Source: Acidobacteriota bacterium (GTDB lineage Bacteria > Acidobacteriota > Vicinamibacteria > Vicinamibacterales > 2-12-FULL-66-21). From it: DNA of 64,000 bases. The stretch lies in NCBI GenBank assembly GCA_016184105.1, contig JACPDI010000037.1, positions 25,031-89,030 of the forward strand. The letters are read 5' to 3'. This document shows, piece after piece, positions 10,691 to 21,728 of the stretch. Position numbers and translations under genes: made by a program. The notes under the pieces were generated by a model. That model saw nothing but the letters and a program-made list of their open reading frames with translations, made no database searches and was not told the origin of the DNA. Position 1 is the stretch's first letter; each line of letters begins with the position of its first letter.

Positions 10691-11970
10691 GGATCATGGG
10701 GTTTTACGAGTCCCTCCGGCATGCCGTTTCGTTGGTCGCGGGCGGTGCGATTGTCGCCGCGTGCGGGGTGGCGTACGCCGGGGAATCCATCGCCGTCACA
10801 AACGCGAGGATCTACACGGTCACCGGCGCTGTCATCGACCCGGGTGTGTTGGTCTGCGAGAACGGCAAGATCAGCGCCCTTGGGCCCGTGGGGCGCGTGC
10901 GCATTCCCCCCGGCGCCCGCCTCATCGACGGGTCTGGGAAGGCGGTCATGCCGGGACTGATCGAGACGCACTCGCACATGGGTATGAAGCGCCTCTGGGT
11001 CCCCGCCGATTTGGATAACAACGAGACTTCCGGACCGATCAACGCGCGACTCCGCGCCTTGGAATCGATCGACACGCGCGATCGCGCCTTCCGGCTGGCG
11101 CTTGCGGCGGGCGTGACGACGATGGTCGTGTCGCCGGGAGCCCAGACCCCGATCGGCGGCCAGGCGGTGGTTCTGAAGCTGCGGGGAGGAACGGCCGACG
11201 ACATGTATCTGGCGCCCGGCGGCATGAAGTTCGCGATGAGTTCAACATTCTTCCCCGACGGTGGGGGCGGCGCTCATCCCAGCTCGCTCATGGGCGTCGC
11301 CTCGATCCTGAGGGAGAATCTGCTCGCGGCACGTGCGTATCGGGAGCGCTGGGAGGCCCACGTGGCCGCTGGACGGCAGGAACCGGCGCCGTCGCGCGAC
11401 CCACAGCTCGAAGCGCTGGGCAAGGTCCTGACGCGGGAATGGGTGGTGGGGGTCCACGCGCAGTGGCCGGCCCAGATCGTGAACGTGCTGCGGCTCGCCA
11501 GGGAGTTCGATCTCGACCTCTATATCGTCCATGGAACAACCCTCGTCGATCTGGTCGACGAGGTCGCCCGCGCGGGTGTGGCGGTCAGCTTCGGGCCCGT
11601 GTTGCCGTTCCAGAGCCGTGAGGCGCGGATGCTCGACGGACCTGCGCAGCTCGTACGGCGTGGAGGACGCGTCGCGTTCCAGCAGGATCACCCGGATGGC
11701 CCGCAGCTCTACCTTCGTCACGTTGCGGCGCTCTGCGTGCGCCACGGCCTGCCGGAGGCGGAGGCGCTCAAAGCGCTGACGATTAACGGCGCCGCGCTGT
11801 TCCGGCTGGAGAAGCGCCTCGGCAGCCTGGAGGCGGGCAAGGATGCAGACTTCCTGATCTTGAGCGGCGCGCCGCTCGAGATCGACAGCCACGTGGAACA
11901 GGTGTTCGTGGAAGGCCACGAGGTGTACAACCGGGCGGCGAACCGTTCAGTGTTCGATGTCCGGCGGTGA
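10687..11970 (+). CDS. Amidohydrolase family protein (metal ligands intact)
   Basis: PGLIETHSH, VGVHA, IVHG, QDHP, GSLEAGKDADF. Confidence 0.88.
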   Translation: MRIMGFYESLRHAVSLVAGGAIVAACGVAYAGESIAVTNARIYTVTGAVIDPGVLVCENGKISALGPVGRVRIPPGARLIDGSGKAVMPGLIETHSHMGMKRLWVPADLDNNETSGPINARLRALESIDTRDRAFRLALAAGVTTMVVSPGAQTPIGGQAVVLKLRGGTADDMYLAPGGMKFAMSSTFFPDGGGGAHPSSLMGVASILRENLLAARAYRERWEAHVAAGRQEPAPSRDPQLEALGKVLTREWVVGVHAQWPAQIVNVLRLAREFDLDLYIVHGTTLVDLVDEVARAGVAVSFGPVLPFQSREARMLDGPAQLVRRGGRVAFQQDHPDGPQLYLRHVAALCVRHGLPEAEALKALTINGAALFRLEKRLGSLEAGKDADFLILSGAPLEIDSHVEQVFVEGHEVYNRAANRSVFDVRR

Positions 11971-13189
11971 CGATCGGAGACGCATGCACAGGGCAGGCTG
12001 GTGGCGGCTGTTCGTGACGCTCATGGCGGCCGGTGAGCTTGTGATGGGCGCCGGCGGGGACGACGTGTACGCCCTTCGCGGAGGCCGGATCTACACGATC
12101 TCGCACGGCGTGATCGAGGATGGCGTGGTCTTGATAGGCGGCGGGAAGATCCTGGACGCCGGCCTCTCCGTGAAGGTTCCGGAGGGTGCGAGAGTGATCG
12201 ACGCGCGTGGCGCCGTCGTGACGCCGGGCCTCATCGACGCGCGCACGTCGTTCGGAATCGGTCCGGACGATTCGTGGGAGCGCATGGACCCGGTTGTGCC
12301 GCAGGTCCGGATTGTCGACTCGTTCAGCCTGCCCGGGGACCACGACTGGATCAAGGAAGGCGTGACGGCGGTCTACGTCTCGCCCGGTCCCCAGAACGTC
12401 ATCGGCGGCATGGGCGCGGTCGTCAAGCTCGCCGGCCGGCCCGACGCCATCGTCGTCAGCAACACCGCGGGCATGAGCCTGTCACTGGGCGAGGTGCCCA
12501 AGGCCTCGTTCCGTGAACGTGCGCCGCGCACGCGTATGGGAGCGGCGGCCCTGATCCGGGAGGCGTTCAGCCGGGCGCGACAGCGGCTGGAGGATGCGGG
12601 AGCCCCGCCGGGTGCAGATCCCGGCTTCGCGGCGCTGGGCCGCGTTCTTCGCCGCGAAGTGTCCGCCCGCGTCCAGGCGAATACGCCCGACGATATCGCT
12701 ACGGCTCTGCGGCTGGGAGAGGAGTTCGGCTTCCGCGTCGTGATCGACATTGGCGTGGGCGCCCATCTTGTCGCGGACAGGCTTGCCAGGGCCGGCGTTT
12801 CGGTTGTCGTCGGGCCCAACATGATTGCGGCTGGCAGGGGCGGGCGCTACGAATTCAGCGCGCACACCGAGGAGAACGCCGCCCGACTGCATGAGGCTGG
12901 CGTCAAGATCGCGATCTGTACGGATCGCGCCGAGGGAGCGCCGGTGGCCATGGAGGCGGCGATCTCCCGGGCGCATGGACTGCCGGAAGCCGAAGCGCTC
13001 AGGGCGATCACGATGAGCGCCGCCGAGATCCTCGGCGTCGCGGATCGGATGGGGAGCATCGACAAGGGGAAGGACGCGGACCTCGTCGTGTGGACCGACC
13101 ATCCTCTGCGAACGTGGAGCCGGGTCGAGAAGGTCTTCATCGACGGGCGGCTGGCGTTCGACCGGTCGGCGGCAAAGCGAAAAGCATGA
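11957..13189 (+). CDS. Amidohydrolase family protein lacking canonical metal-binding His residues
   Basis: PGLIDARTS in place of HxH; GSIDKGKDADLVVW. Start may be 11984. Confidence 0.82.
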   Translation: MSGGDDRRRMHRAGWWRLFVTLMAAGELVMGAGGDDVYALRGGRIYTISHGVIEDGVVLIGGGKILDAGLSVKVPEGARVIDARGAVVTPGLIDARTSFGIGPDDSWERMDPVVPQVRIVDSFSLPGDHDWIKEGVTAVYVSPGPQNVIGGMGAVVKLAGRPDAIVVSNTAGMSLSLGEVPKASFRERAPRTRMGAAALIREAFSRARQRLEDAGAPPGADPGFAALGRVLRREVSARVQANTPDDIATALRLGEEFGFRVVIDIGVGAHLVADRLARAGVSVVVGPNMIAAGRGGRYEFSAHTEENAARLHEAGVKIAICTDRAEGAPVAMEAAISRAHGLPEAEALRAITMSAAEILGVADRMGSIDKGKDADLVVWTDHPLRTWSRVEKVFIDGRLAFDRSAAKRKA

Positions 13190-14631
13190 ATCGAAGGCAG
13201 TTCAACGGCGTTCTGTTCGGCGCCGCGTTCGCCGCCACGCAGACAGACCCGGCGGAAGCCGGCCGTCGTCGGCCGCAGGCGGCAGCGGCAGGCGCCCAGC
13301 CGCCCGTGCACGACGTCGTCGAGCTCCTGCGCTGGATGGTGCGCATCGACACGCAGAATCCCCCGCCGGATGGCCAATGGCGGGAAACCGCGATGAACGC
13401 GGCGCTGGGGAACGCGCTGGCGCACGAGGGCATTCAAGCGCGCGTGATCGAGTCCGCGCCCGGACGGGGCCAATTGGTGGCCCGCCTGAAGGGCAACGGT
13501 TCGCGCCCGCCGCTGCTGCTCTCCACCCATATCGACGTCGTCGGCGCTGACGCCCGGCAGTGGCGTCATCCCCCCTTTTCCGGGCACAGCGACGGCGAAT
13601 TCATCCACGGCCGAGGGACCCTGGACAACAAGGCCATGGCGGCCGCACTCGTTCACGTGTTCCATCGCCTGGCGCGTGAGAAGGCGACCCGCTCGCGCGA
13701 CCTGATCCTCTGCCTGGTGGGAGACGAGGAGTCCGGTGGCGCGCAGGGCATGAGATTCCTGCTCGAGAAGCACTGGGGCGAAATCGACAGCCAGGTGGCT
13801 CTGGCTGAGGGGGACCCGCCGCTGCTCAACGGCGGTGGTCAGGTCGACTACATTCCGATCCAGTGCGCGGAGAAGAAGAGCTACACGGTGCGGCTGCGCT
13901 GTCGAGGCACGGCCGGGCACGCCTCGACTCCCCTGGCGGACAATCCCGTCGTGGCGCTCGCCCGCGCGGTGGCGCCGTTGCATCCCTTTTCGACGCGGGT
14001 GCACACCACGGATCTTGCGCGTGAATACCTTCGTCGCATGGCGCGCTTCGAGCCCCAGGACCTCGCGCGCCATCTCACCGACGTCGCCAATCTTGGCGAG
14101 GCGGCCCACCCGGACGCTCTCGACGCGGTGACTCGAGCCAACCCCGTTTACAATGCGCTGCTACGGGCCACGGTGTGCCCGACCATTCTCAAAGCAGGCA
14201 CGAGGAGCAACGTCATTCCAGTGGAAGCCGAATGCGTCATCAACTGCCGCCTGCTCCCGGACCAGCAGATCGAGTCGCTGATCGCCGAACTGGGCGAGCT
14301 CACGGGATGCGATCCCGGCAGCTTCAGCGCCGATCCGCCGTCGCCGTATGACGGGCCGGCGACCCCCCACGACACCCCCGAATTCAGGGCCCTCGAGGAG
14401 ATCTCCACAAGACTCTGGCCCGCGTGCGCGACCGTGCCTTACATGGCGCCGGCCGCGTCTGATGCGCGGTATCTCCGCTCGCGGGGCGTTTCTGTGTACG
14501 GCGTCTTTCCTTTCCCGGCAACCCGGAAGGAGTTCGAGGCGATTCACGCGCCCGATGAGCGCATCCGGATTGCGAGCCTGCGCCAGGGAACCCAATGGTT
14601 GTACGAGGTCACAACCGCGCTGTCAGTCTAA
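13186..14631 (+). CDS. M20/M25/M40 family metallopeptidase, Tat-exported
   Basis: MNRRQF Tat signal; [33 protein letters not shown] overlap with the upstream gene. Confidence 0.9.
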   Translation: MNRRQFNGVLFGAAFAATQTDPAEAGRRRPQAAAAGAQPPVHDVVELLRWMVRIDTQNPPPDGQWRETAMNAALGNALAHEGIQARVIESAPGRGQLVARLKGNGSRPPLLLSTHIDVVGADARQWRHPPFSGHSDGEFIHGRGTLDNKAMAAALVHVFHRLAREKATRSRDLILCLVGDEESGGAQGMRFLLEKHWGEIDSQVALAEGDPPLLNGGGQVDYIPIQCAEKKSYTVRLRCRGTAGHASTPLADNPVVALARAVAPLHPFSTRVHTTDLAREYLRRMARFEPQDLARHLTDVANLGEAAHPDALDAVTRANPVYNALLRATVCPTILKAGTRSNVIPVEAECVINCRLLPDQQIESLIAELGELTGCDPGSFSADPPSPYDGPATPHDTPEFRALEEISTRLWPACATVPYMAPAASDARYLRSRGVSVYGVFPFPATRKEFEAIHAPDERIRIASLRQGTQWLYEVTTALSV

Positions 14632-14653
14632 TCAGTCGAGGAGATCGGCCGCT

Positions 14654-16636
14654 ATGAGGAATTCCTTTCGCCGTGCAATCGTCGTCGCCGTCGCGCTGTT
14701 CTCTGGTGCTGCCGCGATCGTGCAGGCGCAGCAGGGAACGCTGACGGGCGAAGAGAAAGAGCGCCGTTGGCAGACCGAGAAGGAGCTTCAGTCGATCGCC
14801 ATCATCGACCGCAAAGTGATGATGCCGATGCGCGACGGCATCCGCCTGGCGACCGACATCTATCGACCCAGGAACGCGGACGGGAAAGTCCCGGCAATCT
14901 GGGTGCGCACCCCCTACAACTTCAACTTCTGGGATGTGCGCAACAGCGTGCCGGCCGACATGACGGAGGCCCTGACCGCTGTCAAGCGCGGCTACGCGTT
15001 CATCGTCCAGAACGAGCGGGGCCATTTCTTCTCTGAAGGCAACTACGACCTTCTGGGCGCGCCGCGCACGGACGGCCACGATGCGCTCTCCTGGATCGCC
15101 TCGCAGCCCTGGTCCAACGGCAAAGTGGGAACGACGGGGTGTTCGTCCACGGCGGAATACCAGATGGCAATCGCCGCGATGGGGCACCCGGCGTTCGCGG
15201 CGATGAACGTGCAGGGGTTCGGCGCGGGCGTCGGACGCGTCGGCCCGTACTACGAGCAGGGCAACTGGTATCGCGGCGGCGCGTTCCAGATGCTCTTCGC
15301 GGCCTGGATCTCCCGGCAGCAGAACCAGGTGCGTCCGATGTTCCCGTCCGGCACCCCGCAGGAGGATCTGATCCGGGCCTCGAGGTCCTTCGACCTCGCG
15401 CAGCAGCTCCCGCCGGTCGATTGGTCGAAGGCCTTCTGGCACCTTCCGCTGCAGGACATGCTGAAGGCGGTCGATGCGCCGCGCGGCATCTTTGCCGATG
15501 CGATGCCGGTCGAGACCGGCGGGCGCATGATTCAGCGCGCCCCGAACGATCCCGCCTGGTACAAGGGAGGGCTGTATCACGACGATATGCCGCTCGACGT
15601 ACCAGGCCTGTGGTTCATGTCCTGGTACGACGTCTCGGTTGGCCCCAACCTGGCGCTCTACAACCACGCTCGCAAGGTCGCCTCGCGCGGGGTTGCGGAC
15701 CAGCAGTGGGCGATCATCGCGCCGGTCGCGCACTGCTCCTATACGCGCGCCACGGCAGACACCATCGTCGGGGAACGCAGCATGGGCGATGCGCGGCTGG
15801 ACTACGACGAGATTGTGTACAGCTTCTTCGACCGGTTCCTGAAAGGTGAAACGAGCGCCCGGCTCGACGCCCTCCCGAAGGTCACGTACTACACCATGGG
15901 GATCAACAAGTGGCAGACATCGGACACGTGGCCCCCTGCCGGCGCACGGCCGATGACCTGGTACCTGTCGAGCGCGGGCAGGGCCAACTCGCTCGCCGGC
16001 GACGGCGTCCTTGCAACGTCGCCACCCGACACAGATATACCCGACGCGTTTACGTACGATCCGATGAACCCCGTACCCTCGTACGGCGGGAACGTGTGCT
16101 GCACCGGCAACGCGATCCAGGGCGGCTCGTTCGACCAGCGCAAGATGGAAGCCCGCGCCGACGTCCTCGTCTACACGACGGAGCCGCTGAAGAAGGGGAT
16201 TGAGGTCTCCGGCCCCATCGAGGTGGCGCTCCATGTATCGTCGGACGCCAGGGATACCGATTTCACCGTCAAGGTGCTCGACGTCTACCCGGACGGGCGC
16301 GCCTACAACCTCGACGAATCGATCCAGCGCATGCGCTATCGAAACGGGTACGACAAGCCGCTCACCTGGATGGAGCCCGGGAACGTGTACAAGGTCGCGT
16401 TTCAGCCGCTCACGACCAGCAATTACTTCGACGCCGGTCACCGTCTCCGAATCGAGGTTTCCAGCAGCAACTTCCCGCGCTTCGACCGCAACCTCAATAC
16501 GGGCGGCAACAACTATGACGAGGCGACGGGCGTGGTGGCGCACAATGCCGTCCACCACTCGAAGCAGTATCCCTCACAGGTGACGGTGATGGTCGTCGAG
16601 CGCGCGACGGCATCCTCGGCACGGGACCGGCGATAG
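14654..16636 (+). CDS. CocE/NonD (peptidase S15) family hydrolase
   Basis: [48 protein letters not shown]; signal peptide. Confidence 0.92.
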   Translation: MRNSFRRAIVVAVALFSGAAAIVQAQQGTLTGEEKERRWQTEKELQSIAIIDRKVMMPMRDGIRLATDIYRPRNADGKVPAIWVRTPYNFNFWDVRNSVPADMTEALTAVKRGYAFIVQNERGHFFSEGNYDLLGAPRTDGHDALSWIASQPWSNGKVGTTGCSSTAEYQMAIAAMGHPAFAAMNVQGFGAGVGRVGPYYEQGNWYRGGAFQMLFAAWISRQQNQVRPMFPSGTPQEDLIRASRSFDLAQQLPPVDWSKAFWHLPLQDMLKAVDAPRGIFADAMPVETGGRMIQRAPNDPAWYKGGLYHDDMPLDVPGLWFMSWYDVSVGPNLALYNHARKVASRGVADQQWAIIAPVAHCSYTRATADTIVGERSMGDARLDYDEIVYSFFDRFLKGETSARLDALPKVTYYTMGINKWQTSDTWPPAGARPMTWYLSSAGRANSLAGDGVLATSPPDTDIPDAFTYDPMNPVPSYGGNVCCTGNAIQGGSFDQRKMEARADVLVYTTEPLKKGIEVSGPIEVALHVSSDARDTDFTVKVLDVYPDGRAYNLDESIQRMRYRNGYDKPLTWMEPGNVYKVAFQPLTTSNYFDAGHRLRIEVSSSNFPRFDRNLNTGGNNYDEATGVVAHNAVHHSKQYPSQVTVMVVERATASSARDRR

Positions 16637-16664
16637 CCGCCTGGTCCCGCGCCAGCCGCAATCG

Positions 16665-18125
16665 TCAGGCGTATTTGACGCAGACGTTCTTGACCTGCGT
16701 GTAGCTGGCCAGCGCCTCGAGGCCTTTCTCACGGCCGTAGCCGCTCTTCCTGTACCCGCCGAATGGCAGCTCGACACCGCCCCCTGCGCCGTACGTGTTG
16801 ACGTAGACCTGACCCCTCCTGATCCGGCCGGCGAGCGAGAGTGCCTTGTTGATGTCACGGGTCCAGATACCCGCGACGAGGCCGTATTGACTTCGGTTGG
16901 CGATCGCCGCCGCCTCCTCGATGTCGTCGAAGGAGATGATCGCCAGCACGGGCCCAAAGATCTCCTCCTGTGCGACGCGCATGTCGGACTGGACGCGGTC
17001 GAGCAGCGTCGGCTCGTAGAAGTTGCCGCCGTGGAGGCGGGCATCGTCCGGCCGGCGGCCGCCGGCCACGACCGAGGCGCCTTCCTGCCGGCCGATCGTG
17101 ACGTAGCTCTCGATCGTCTCGAGCTGGCGGCGGGAAATGATCGGGCCCATGTCCGGATCCTCGATGCCCGGCCCGAGTGTCATGGCCCCGGCGCGCGTGA
17201 CCAGCCGGTCCACCACTTCGTCGTGAGCTTTTCGTTCAACCAGGAGGCGCGACCCCGCCGAACAGGTCTGCCCGGCGTTCTGGAAGATCGCGTTCGCCAC
17301 GCCTGGAAGCGCGAGATCCATGTCGGCATCGGCGAATACGATGTTGGGTGACTTGCCGCCCAGCTCCATCACGACCGGAACGACGTTCCCGGCCGCCAGC
17401 TTCGCCACCTGCACGCCGACATCGACCGATCCGGTGAACGTGAGCTGGTTGATGTCGGGGTGCGACGCGAGCGCGGCGCCGGCCTCCGATCCCGTGCCCG
17501 GGACGACGTTCAGCACGCCGGCTGGCAGGCCGCACTCGAGTCCGATCTCGCCCAACTTCAGTGCCGTCATCGGCGCTTCGCTCGAGGGCTTGAGCACAAC
17601 CGTGCATCCGGCGGCGACCGCGGGGGCGATGCCGCGGCTTCCGATTTGGATCGGATAGTTCCACGGCACGATGTGCGCGGATACGCCAATCGGCTCCCGG
17701 ACCGTGAAGTCGAGGATGCCCGGGCCGACGGGAATCGTGTTTCCCATGATCTTGTCGGCGATGCCGGCGTAGAACTCGAAGTAGCGCGCCGCCACCTGGA
17801 CGTCGGTGCGCGCCTGCCGCAGCGGCTTGCCGTTGTCCCGGCTCTCGAGCGCGGCCAGCTCCTCGGCGCGGTCGCGGATGCGATGCGCCATTCGCATCAG
17901 GATGCGGCCGCGCTCGGCCGGCGCCAGTCCGCCCCAGGCGCCGGATTCGAGCGCGCGGCGCGCCGCCTGGACCGCGGCATCCACGTCGGCCGTCGTCGCT
18001 TTCGCCAGCACGGCGAGCAGTTCGCCGCTTGACGGGTCGTGCACGTCAAGCGTGCCGCGGTCGGCGGCTTCCGCCCGCTGCCCATCGATGATCAAGCCCT
18101 GGACTGTTCGTTCTGAAGTCGCCAT
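16665..18125 (-). CDS. NAD(P)-dependent aldehyde dehydrogenase
   Basis: PWNYP, FTGS, MELGGKSP, NAGQTCSAGSR, EEIFGPV. Confidence 0.95.
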   Translation of the reverse strand: MATSERTVQGLIIDGQRAEAADRGTLDVHDPSSGELLAVLAKATTADVDAAVQAARRALESGAWGGLAPAERGRILMRMAHRIRDRAEELAALESRDNGKPLRQARTDVQVAARYFEFYAGIADKIMGNTIPVGPGILDFTVREPIGVSAHIVPWNYPIQIGSRGIAPAVAAGCTVVLKPSSEAPMTALKLGEIGLECGLPAGVLNVVPGTGSEAGAALASHPDINQLTFTGSVDVGVQVAKLAAGNVVPVVMELGGKSPNIVFADADMDLALPGVANAIFQNAGQTCSAGSRLLVERKAHDEVVDRLVTRAGAMTLGPGIEDPDMGPIISRRQLETIESYVTIGRQEGASVVAGGRRPDDARLHGGNFYEPTLLDRVQSDMRVAQEEIFGPVLAIISFDDIEEAAAIANRSQYGLVAGIWTRDINKALSLAGRIRRGQVYVNTYGAGGGVELPFGGYRKSGYGREKGLEALASYTQVKNVCVKYA

Positions 18126-18134
18126 GACGGTCTC

Positions 18135-19259
18135 TCATGAGCTGATGAGTTCGGTGATTGCGAGGCTGGCTGCCTCGATGTCTGCAACGGGCACGCACTC
18201 GCGGGCGCCGTGCGCAACCTCAACAGAGCCGGGTCCAAAAACGAGCGTGGCCATGCCGGCAGTCGAGAGGATCGATGCGTCGGTCGCGTAGTGCGCGGTC
18301 GCGAACGTTGGCTCAAAGCCGGCGCCGCGGCATGCCGCCAGGAGCTGCCGACAGGGCGTTGCCGTCGGGTCCGTGTACACCGCGGGGACATCGAGGTAGG
18401 CGTCCTCTATCGTGACGTCGGTGCGCGAAGCGAGAAGTTCCGCGAGGCCCTGCCTGACATCGCTGAAGCTCTCGCCCGGGAGGAGCCGGCGATCGACTTC
18501 GATCCGGCACCAGGAGGGCACCGTATTGACCGTGTCCCCGCCAAGAATCCTGCCGACATTCAGCGTCGCGGGCCCGAGGTGGGGATGCGGGCGCAGGGCC
18601 AATGCATCGGCACACGCCGCGAGCGATGACAGGACCTCACTCATCCGATGGATCGCGTTCGACCCGAGCCATGGTACGGCCGCGTGCGCCGCTGCGCCCC
18701 TGGTGGTGACAAAGAAACGGCAGACACCTTTGTGGGCGTACACGATGTCGAGGCCGGTTGGCTCGCCGGCAACAGCGAAGTCGGCGGCCACGCCTCGCCG
18801 GAGCAGTTCGCGCGCGCCTCCGAAGGTGTACTCCTCGTCGTGAACCGCCGCCAGGATGACGTTGAGGCTCGGCCTTCTGGAGCCGGTGCAAACCTGGTGA
18901 AGCGCGTACAGATAGGCCGCGAGAGAAGCCTTCGTGTCGCAAGAACCGCGTCCATAGAGCCGCCCATCGAGAATCACAGGATCGAACGGATCGATCGACA
19001 TGTTCTCGTGGGACACGGTGTCCATGTGGGCCTCCAGCAACACCGTTGCGGGCGACCCGCACTGCAACTCCGCGGTCAGATTCGGGTGCGTCTCGTCTTC
19101 ACCCCAAATCTCGCTGTCCATGCCCAGCGTGCGGAGAAAGGCCTGGACGTACTCGGCGACCGCGCGTTCCGAGTACAACGGGCCTGACGCGCCGGTGCCC
19201 ATCGGATTTACCGAGGGAATCGCCACCAGGTCGCGGGTTAGCCGGGTTGCCAGGTGCAT
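18135..19259 (-). CDS. M20A ArgE/DapE-like deacylase
   Basis: EAHMDTV, GRGSCDTKA, DEEY, GEPT, AHKG, AHGARE. Confidence 0.88.
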   Translation of the reverse strand: MHLATRLTRDLVAIPSVNPMGTGASGPLYSERAVAEYVQAFLRTLGMDSEIWGEDETHPNLTAELQCGSPATVLLEAHMDTVSHENMSIDPFDPVILDGRLYGRGSCDTKASLAAYLYALHQVCTGSRRPSLNVILAAVHDEEYTFGGARELLRRGVAADFAVAGEPTGLDIVYAHKGVCRFFVTTRGAAAHAAVPWLGSNAIHRMSEVLSSLAACADALALRPHPHLGPATLNVGRILGGDTVNTVPSWCRIEVDRRLLPGESFSDVRQGLAELLASRTDVTIEDAYLDVPAVYTDPTATPCRQLLAACRGAGFEPTFATAHYATDASILSTAGMATLVFGPGSVEVAHGARECVPVADIEAASLAITELISS

Positions 19260-19280
19260 GAGAATCCGGCGGCGGCGCCC

Positions 19281-21056
19281 CTACGGGCGGGCGCTCTCGA
19301 CGGGATCGCCGACAGCGACGTCAGGCCTCGCGGCCGGAAGCGTGAGCCGGCGGGACAGCCACACCATCCCCAGCCCGAGCAGACACAGGACGGCGCCTAC
19401 GCCCACGTTGATGACCCTCCCCCAGCCAGCCGCCTGCACCGCGGCGGCAGCGAAGAGCAGGAGGCCGGTTCCGGCGCTCGCCCAGCCAACCACCGCCAGC
19501 GGCGAGAAGACGGTCGCGCCGTTCGCAGCGGGAGCCACGCCTGGCTCGATCGGGAGCGCCAGCCTCGCGAAAAACGCGTCGACGCGTGCCTGTTCTTCAG
19601 CGGATCGACGGTCGAAGATGGAGGTCACGATCATCGTCGTGGTGGTCAGCGCGAAATTGACCAGGATCGTCAGGGCCTCGAAGTCGTAGTGGAGCCAGGT
19701 TGGGTCCGCGTCGGGACGGGCGGCGATCACGAGCGTCTTGTAGAGGTACATCGCCAGGCCGGACGCGAAGCCCGCCGCGATGCCGGCGGCGGCGCCGCGC
19801 GCGGTGATTCGAGGTGTCAGGAGCCCGCCCAGAAGAGGGATGATCATCGGACCGACGAAGAGAGCGAACAGCGCGACCATCACCTCGAAGAGTCCCTGCC
19901 GGGCGGCCGCGACGAGGCCGACGCCGATCACGATCGTGACCGCGCCTATCGCCAGCGTGGCCAGCCGGCCGACGATCATCAGGCGGCGCTCGCTGGCATG
20001 ACGGTCGATGAGGCGGTGGTAGATGTCCTCGGTCACCACGCTCGCCATCACGTTGTAATCGCTGCTGAGCGTCGACATCGTCGCGGCGAACATCGCGGCG
20101 ATCATCAGGCCGACGAGACCCGCCGGGAGAAACCGGATCGCCAGCATGGCGTAGGCGTACTGCGGCGAGTTGGGCGGGTCCATCAGCTCGGGCAGCAGAC
20201 TCCGCGCGGCAACGGCGGGCAGGATGAAGAGCGGCGGCCCCACCGTCATGAGCGCCACGGCCAGGAAGCCCGCCTTACGCGCGGCGCGTTCATCGGGCAC
20301 ACTGTAGAAGCGCTGCGCGAGGGCCCAGTTGCCGTTGTAGCCCAGCAGGACGAGCAGGTAAAAGGCGGCGACATACAGCGGGGAAAACGGGGCGTTGATC
20401 GGCGAAAGGAAGCCGGGCTGCCCCGCGGCCGCCAGCGTGCCCAGGTCCACACGCGCGATCGCGAGGGGAAAGAGCACGACGACCGCGAGCGTGAGGACGA
20501 GAAACTGGACGTAGTCGGTCACCAGGACGGCCCAGAGGCCCCCGAGGAACGTGTATCCCAGCATGATGACTCCGCTCGCCACGATGCTCGTCTCGAGGTC
20601 GTAGCCGAGCCCAACGGAGACGAACACGCCGGTGGCGTATATCTTCAGTCCGTCGTCGACGACCTTGAGCGGAAGGCCCGACCAGGCGAGCGCCTGCCGG
20701 ATGTGGGTGCTGTACCGCATCTCGAGGAACTGAACGTGGCTGATGATGCGCGCGCGCCTCCACCGGGGCGCCAGCGCCAGGGTGCCGACGAGCACCGCGA
20801 CCGGAGCCGAGAAGGCGAGCGTCACCGCGATCAGGCCGTAGCGGTACGCCATCTCGGAGTACGCCACGAACATGAACGCGCTGTAGCTGGTCATGTAAAA
20901 GGAAATCCCGGCCAGCCACCACGGCACGCGGTTGTTGCCGACGAACAAGTCCCGGACGTGGCGTACCCGCTTCCAGAAGTACAAACCAACGATGGTCAGC
21001 AGCGCGAAGTAGCCGACGATGACCGTGTGGTCTGCCAGCTCGAGTTGTCCGGGCAT
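19281..21056 (-). CDS. Sodium:solute symporter (SSS) family transporter
   Basis: About 13 TM segments; PWWLAGISFY, GGLWAVLVTDYVQF, GLMIAAMFAATMSTLSS. Confidence 0.9.
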   Translation of the reverse strand: MPGQLELADHTVIVGYFALLTIVGLYFWKRVRHVRDLFVGNNRVPWWLAGISFYMTSYSAFMFVAYSEMAYRYGLIAVTLAFSAPVAVLVGTLALAPRWRRARIISHVQFLEMRYSTHIRQALAWSGLPLKVVDDGLKIYATGVFVSVGLGYDLETSIVASGVIMLGYTFLGGLWAVLVTDYVQFLVLTLAVVVLFPLAIARVDLGTLAAAGQPGFLSPINAPFSPLYVAAFYLLVLLGYNGNWALAQRFYSVPDERAARKAGFLAVALMTVGPPLFILPAVAARSLLPELMDPPNSPQYAYAMLAIRFLPAGLVGLMIAAMFAATMSTLSSDYNVMASVVTEDIYHRLIDRHASERRLMIVGRLATLAIGAVTIVIGVGLVAAARQGLFEVMVALFALFVGPMIIPLLGGLLTPRITARGAAAGIAAGFASGLAMYLYKTLVIAARPDADPTWLHYDFEALTILVNFALTTTTMIVTSIFDRRSAEEQARVDAFFARLALPIEPGVAPAANGATVFSPLAVVGWASAGTGLLLFAAAAVQAAGWGRVINVGVGAVLCLLGLGMVWLSRRLTLPAARPDVAVGDPVESARP

Positions 21057-21081
21057 GAAATGACCTCGTTCTCAGCGGGGC

Positions 21082-21683
21082 TTACTCTAGAATTCCTTCG
21101 ATCGGTTTGCCTTCCGCATTCGCAAGACCCACATTCAAATAGCGCGCAATCGTCGGGGCAATCCGCACCATTTCGATTTCGGACAGCGCCTCGCCGGATC
21201 TGATGCCATAGCCCGAGGCTATGAAGGTGGCCTTAAGCGAGCTCATTCTCGGGTCATGGCCGTGCACCCCGCTGCCGAAAGCATGACTGCGGCCCGCGTG
21301 TCGCCTCCTCGTTGCCCGATCTCCGCCTCATCGAACACGAGCGCAATTCCATTGGCTGGGTCCGCTGCGAGTCGGGCGAACAACAGCTTGACCTTCGCCG
21401 CAGAGCCCTCATCGCCCTTCGAGCGCAGGACAATCGAAGCGGCTCCCCCAAACGCCTGCGCGCAGGCGTTCCAACGCACAATCTTGCCTTTTGCGTCTGC
21501 TTCAATGGCAAGGTGGGGAATCTCCAGGCCGTACTCGTCACGGTTGAGGATGTAATCCATCGGCAATCCATCGATGGAGATCACCACCACGTGCTTTGCA
21601 GGGGCTTGGGCGAACACGAGCGCTGACACCAGCAGCGCAAGTGCGGCGGTCAGCCAGAGAAAGGGCCGGCGTGGCTGCTTCAT
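21082..21683 (-). pseudogene. Degraded nucleotide pyrophosphatase/phosphodiesterase (alkaline phosphatase superfamily)
   Basis: Signal peptide and HVVVISIDGL...EIPHL are fused directly to a late segment, so the catalytic core is missing. Frame change near 21270 precedes GVHGHDP...FIASGYGI...IAPTIARYL. Confidence 0.75.
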
Positions 21684-21728
21684 TCCATTCAGGGTCCGTT
21701 GCGGTCGGCGGTCTGAGGTCACGTTTCG

